A stretch of DNA of 64,000 bases, from positions 3,628 to 67,627 of the forward strand of contig CAYXBB010000002.1 of the NCBI GenBank assembly GCA_964463285.1. Direction: 5' to 3'. The notes under the pieces are model-generated. The model was given only the letters and a program-made list of their open reading frames with translations. It was not told where the DNA came from and made no database searches. Every line of letters starts with the position of its first letter. Positions within the stretch are counted from its first letter, which is position 1. This document shows, piece by piece, positions 62,453-64,000 of the stretch. The translations under genes and the position numbers were made by a program. Source of the stretch: an uncultured Syntrophomonadaceae bacterium (lineage in GTDB: Bacteria; Bacillota; Dethiobacteria; DTU022).

Positions 62453-62752
62453 TTGTATGGAAGATCGGGATCTTTACCCTCATTTTTGCTACAACGGCTT
62501 TATCTTGCTACACAAACATTTAGTGTCCCGTTCCCGTTAATAATTGTTCGGCCGCTTTGCTGTTAAACGTGGCCGACCCGGCAGCAGTATGCCGATCAGC
62601 GTTTATAATTATAGCCCGGCCTAAACACAAAATCAAGGTAAGCATCAAAATTGTGCGGCTTTTTTCCTTCCAGGATGCCCACATACCTGGCGTTATTTCG
62701 TGATCCGATTCCCTGCGTACCATTTGTCTTCCCTTGCAAGCCATTCGGCACA

Positions 62753-63490
62753 TTAAGGCCGGCACAACTTTACCTCTCCCCAGACCGCCATTTTATCCTC
62801 ACAAATGATTAGGGCTCCACTGAGCCCCTCCAGGCGGCGGGCAAATGCCAGCGTCGGCTGCAAATCCTCGCTGCTCTGAACTAGATTGCCCAGGGCGGTG
62901 GCCGCCGCATCGGCCAGCGCCGCCGAGGGAGCAAGGGCCACCGCCGCATCCGCTCTGCCCAGGCTCAGGGAATGGCCCACCGTGCCCGAGGAGGTGCATA
63001 TTCCCAGGGGAGTTTGACCGGGATCGACAGAAATAGCCACTTTTCCGCTCAAAGGAGATTTTCCGGCAAATATTCCCACCGCTACCGGTTCGACAACTTT
63101 TAAAAAAATATCCCCTCCATTTTCAACAATAACCTCTGTCGAAATTTGCCGCAAGCTGTTGCCGACAGATTCCGCCAGAGTACCGGCTACCGCCGCCATC
63201 GGTCCCACCCCCGCCCGGTTGCCGGCCTGGACCATCTTTAAAATCAGGTCGGGAGCCGGTCCTTCTAAAAAATAGGGACGGCAGGTGGTTCTAAAATCGG
63301 GATGCCGGCGGATAAAAGCTTCGATCTGGCGGCGCTGCCGCCAGATCAGTTGTTCGATTTCCCGGGGGAGGGATTCATAAAAGGCCTGCTTGCTGATCCC
63401 TATAAAGAGATCCGTTTCTTTAACCGTAACCGTAAAGGAGGTATGCTTCCGGCCGGCTCCCAGTCGGCAATAGACCCGCGAGGCGTTCAT
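62753..63490 (-). CDS. UPF0280 (ApbE-like, COG2122) family protein
   Basis: 245 aa, glycine/alanine-rich core; adjacency to NIL-ferredoxin as in archaeal homocysteine-biosynthesis clusters. Confidence 0.5.
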   Translation of the reverse strand: MNASRVYCRLGAGRKHTSFTVTVKETDLFIGISKQAFYESLPREIEQLIWRQRRQIEAFIRRHPDFRTTCRPYFLEGPAPDLILKMVQAGNRAGVGPMAAVAGTLAESVGNSLRQISTEVIVENGGDIFLKVVEPVAVGIFAGKSPLSGKVAISVDPGQTPLGICTSSGTVGHSLSLGRADAAVALAPSAALADAAATALGNLVQSSEDLQPTLAFARRLEGLSGALIICEDKMAVWGEVKLCRP

Positions 63491-63906
63491 TTTGGGCTAT
63501 CTAGAAGGATCTCCATGGCCCGCGCCGGGCAGGCTTTGATACAGTGTTCACAGGCCACGCATTTTTCCTCATCGAAGCGGATGGCCATGGAAGGCCTGCT
63601 GATGGCCAGTGCCCCGGTGGGACAGACCAGCGAACAGGCTCCACACTGGGTGCAGCGCTCGGATCTCCAAAAGATCTGCTGCTGCAAATTGGTAATGATC
63701 AGCCCCTGTTCGCGCAGCCAGAGCAGCGCCTGTTGATATTGTTCCCGATCACCGCCGATTTCCAACACCAGCCGCCCCTCTTTGCGGGGGTTGATATCGG
63801 CGCGCAGTATGTTAACCATCAAATCATAATCCTTCACCAGGTGGTAAATAAGCGGTTGCTCCACCACGGAAGCCGGAAAGCGAAAGACCAGTTTATGTTT
63901 AATCAT
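63487..63906 (-). CDS. NIL-domain / 4Fe-4S dicluster ferredoxin protein
   Basis: 139 aa, N-terminal NIL domain, two CxxCxxCxxxCP motifs; GGAGGA RBS. Confidence 0.7.
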   Translation of the reverse strand: MIKHKLVFRFPASVVEQPLIYHLVKDYDLMVNILRADINPRKEGRLVLEIGGDREQYQQALLWLREQGLIITNLQQQIFWRSERCTQCGACSLVCPTGALAISRPSMAIRFDEEKCVACEHCIKACPARAMEILLDSPK

Positions 63907-64000
63907 CGCTGCAAAATCCTCCTAATCTCGCTGCGGAAGCGGCTTCAGTGTTATATTGGCCTCGGTTGAAGGCAGGGGAGCGGCGGGCCTGGTCAACAGA

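Noticed and set aside
62520-62765. 81-aa ORF next to tRNA-Thr
   Set aside because: Cys/Arg-rich low-complexity translation with no RBS. Overlaps the UPF0280 gene end. Probably spurious.

Overview
This window is a Firmicutes (Clostridia-like, about 55% GC by eye) chromosomal segment with almost every gene on the minus strand. The housekeeping backbone is unusually recognisable and, as I recall the Bacillus subtilis uvrBA-ctpB-ftsEX-yvjA-prfB-secA-hpf-comF region, syntenic with it:
- rnr (5' fragment), an HD-domain gene, secG, and the glycolytic block eno-gpmI-tpiA-pgk;
- rpoN (sigma-54), whiA, rapZ, uvrC-uvrA-uvrB;
- a GDT1/TMEM165 transporter, a PDZ membrane protein, an S41 Ctp protease, an M23/EnvC-like peptidase, ftsX-ftsE, ilvC, split transketolase, a YitT-family protein;
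- prfB with its programmed +1 frameshift intact, secA, hpf, comFC, recD2, metK with a clear SAM-I riboswitch, fabZ and class II RNR nrdJ.

Four accessory or unusual blocks interrupt this backbone:
1. An AT-rich island at 32.1-36.0 kb between secA and hpf. It carries a FecBCD-type ABC importer with an embedded SAM methyltransferase. A structured, terminator-containing leader at 36.1-36.3 kb precedes it and carries sequence blocks resembling the Moco/Tuco RNA motif (from memory, unverified). A 373-aa protein I cannot assign lies beside the island.
2. A MoxR(CoxD-like)-VWA(CoxE-like)-CooC(CxC Ni-insertase type) module with a phosphoribosyltransferase at 46.9-50.6 kb and no visible client enzyme.
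3. A sigma-54-dependent locus at 51.2-62.1 kb, the most interesting region. It contains a PAS-AAA+ enhancer-binding protein, a well-formed -24/-12 promoter with an upstream palindrome, and a tungsten-type aldehyde:ferredoxin oxidoreductase overlapping a class-III aminotransferase. These are followed by a CBS gene on the opposite strand, two tandem near-identical saccharopine-dehydrogenase-like genes, a Na+/solute symporter and a translationally coupled 36-aa membrane micro-ORF, all next to tRNA-Thr(CGU). I read this as an uncharacterised anaerobic secondary-amine/polyamine/opine-type catabolic system.
4. A cluster of about 41-bp hairpin-containing direct repeats upstream of ilvC at 24.9-25.1 kb.

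Most antisense ORFs in the six-frame track are spurious shadows of the long minus-strand genes.
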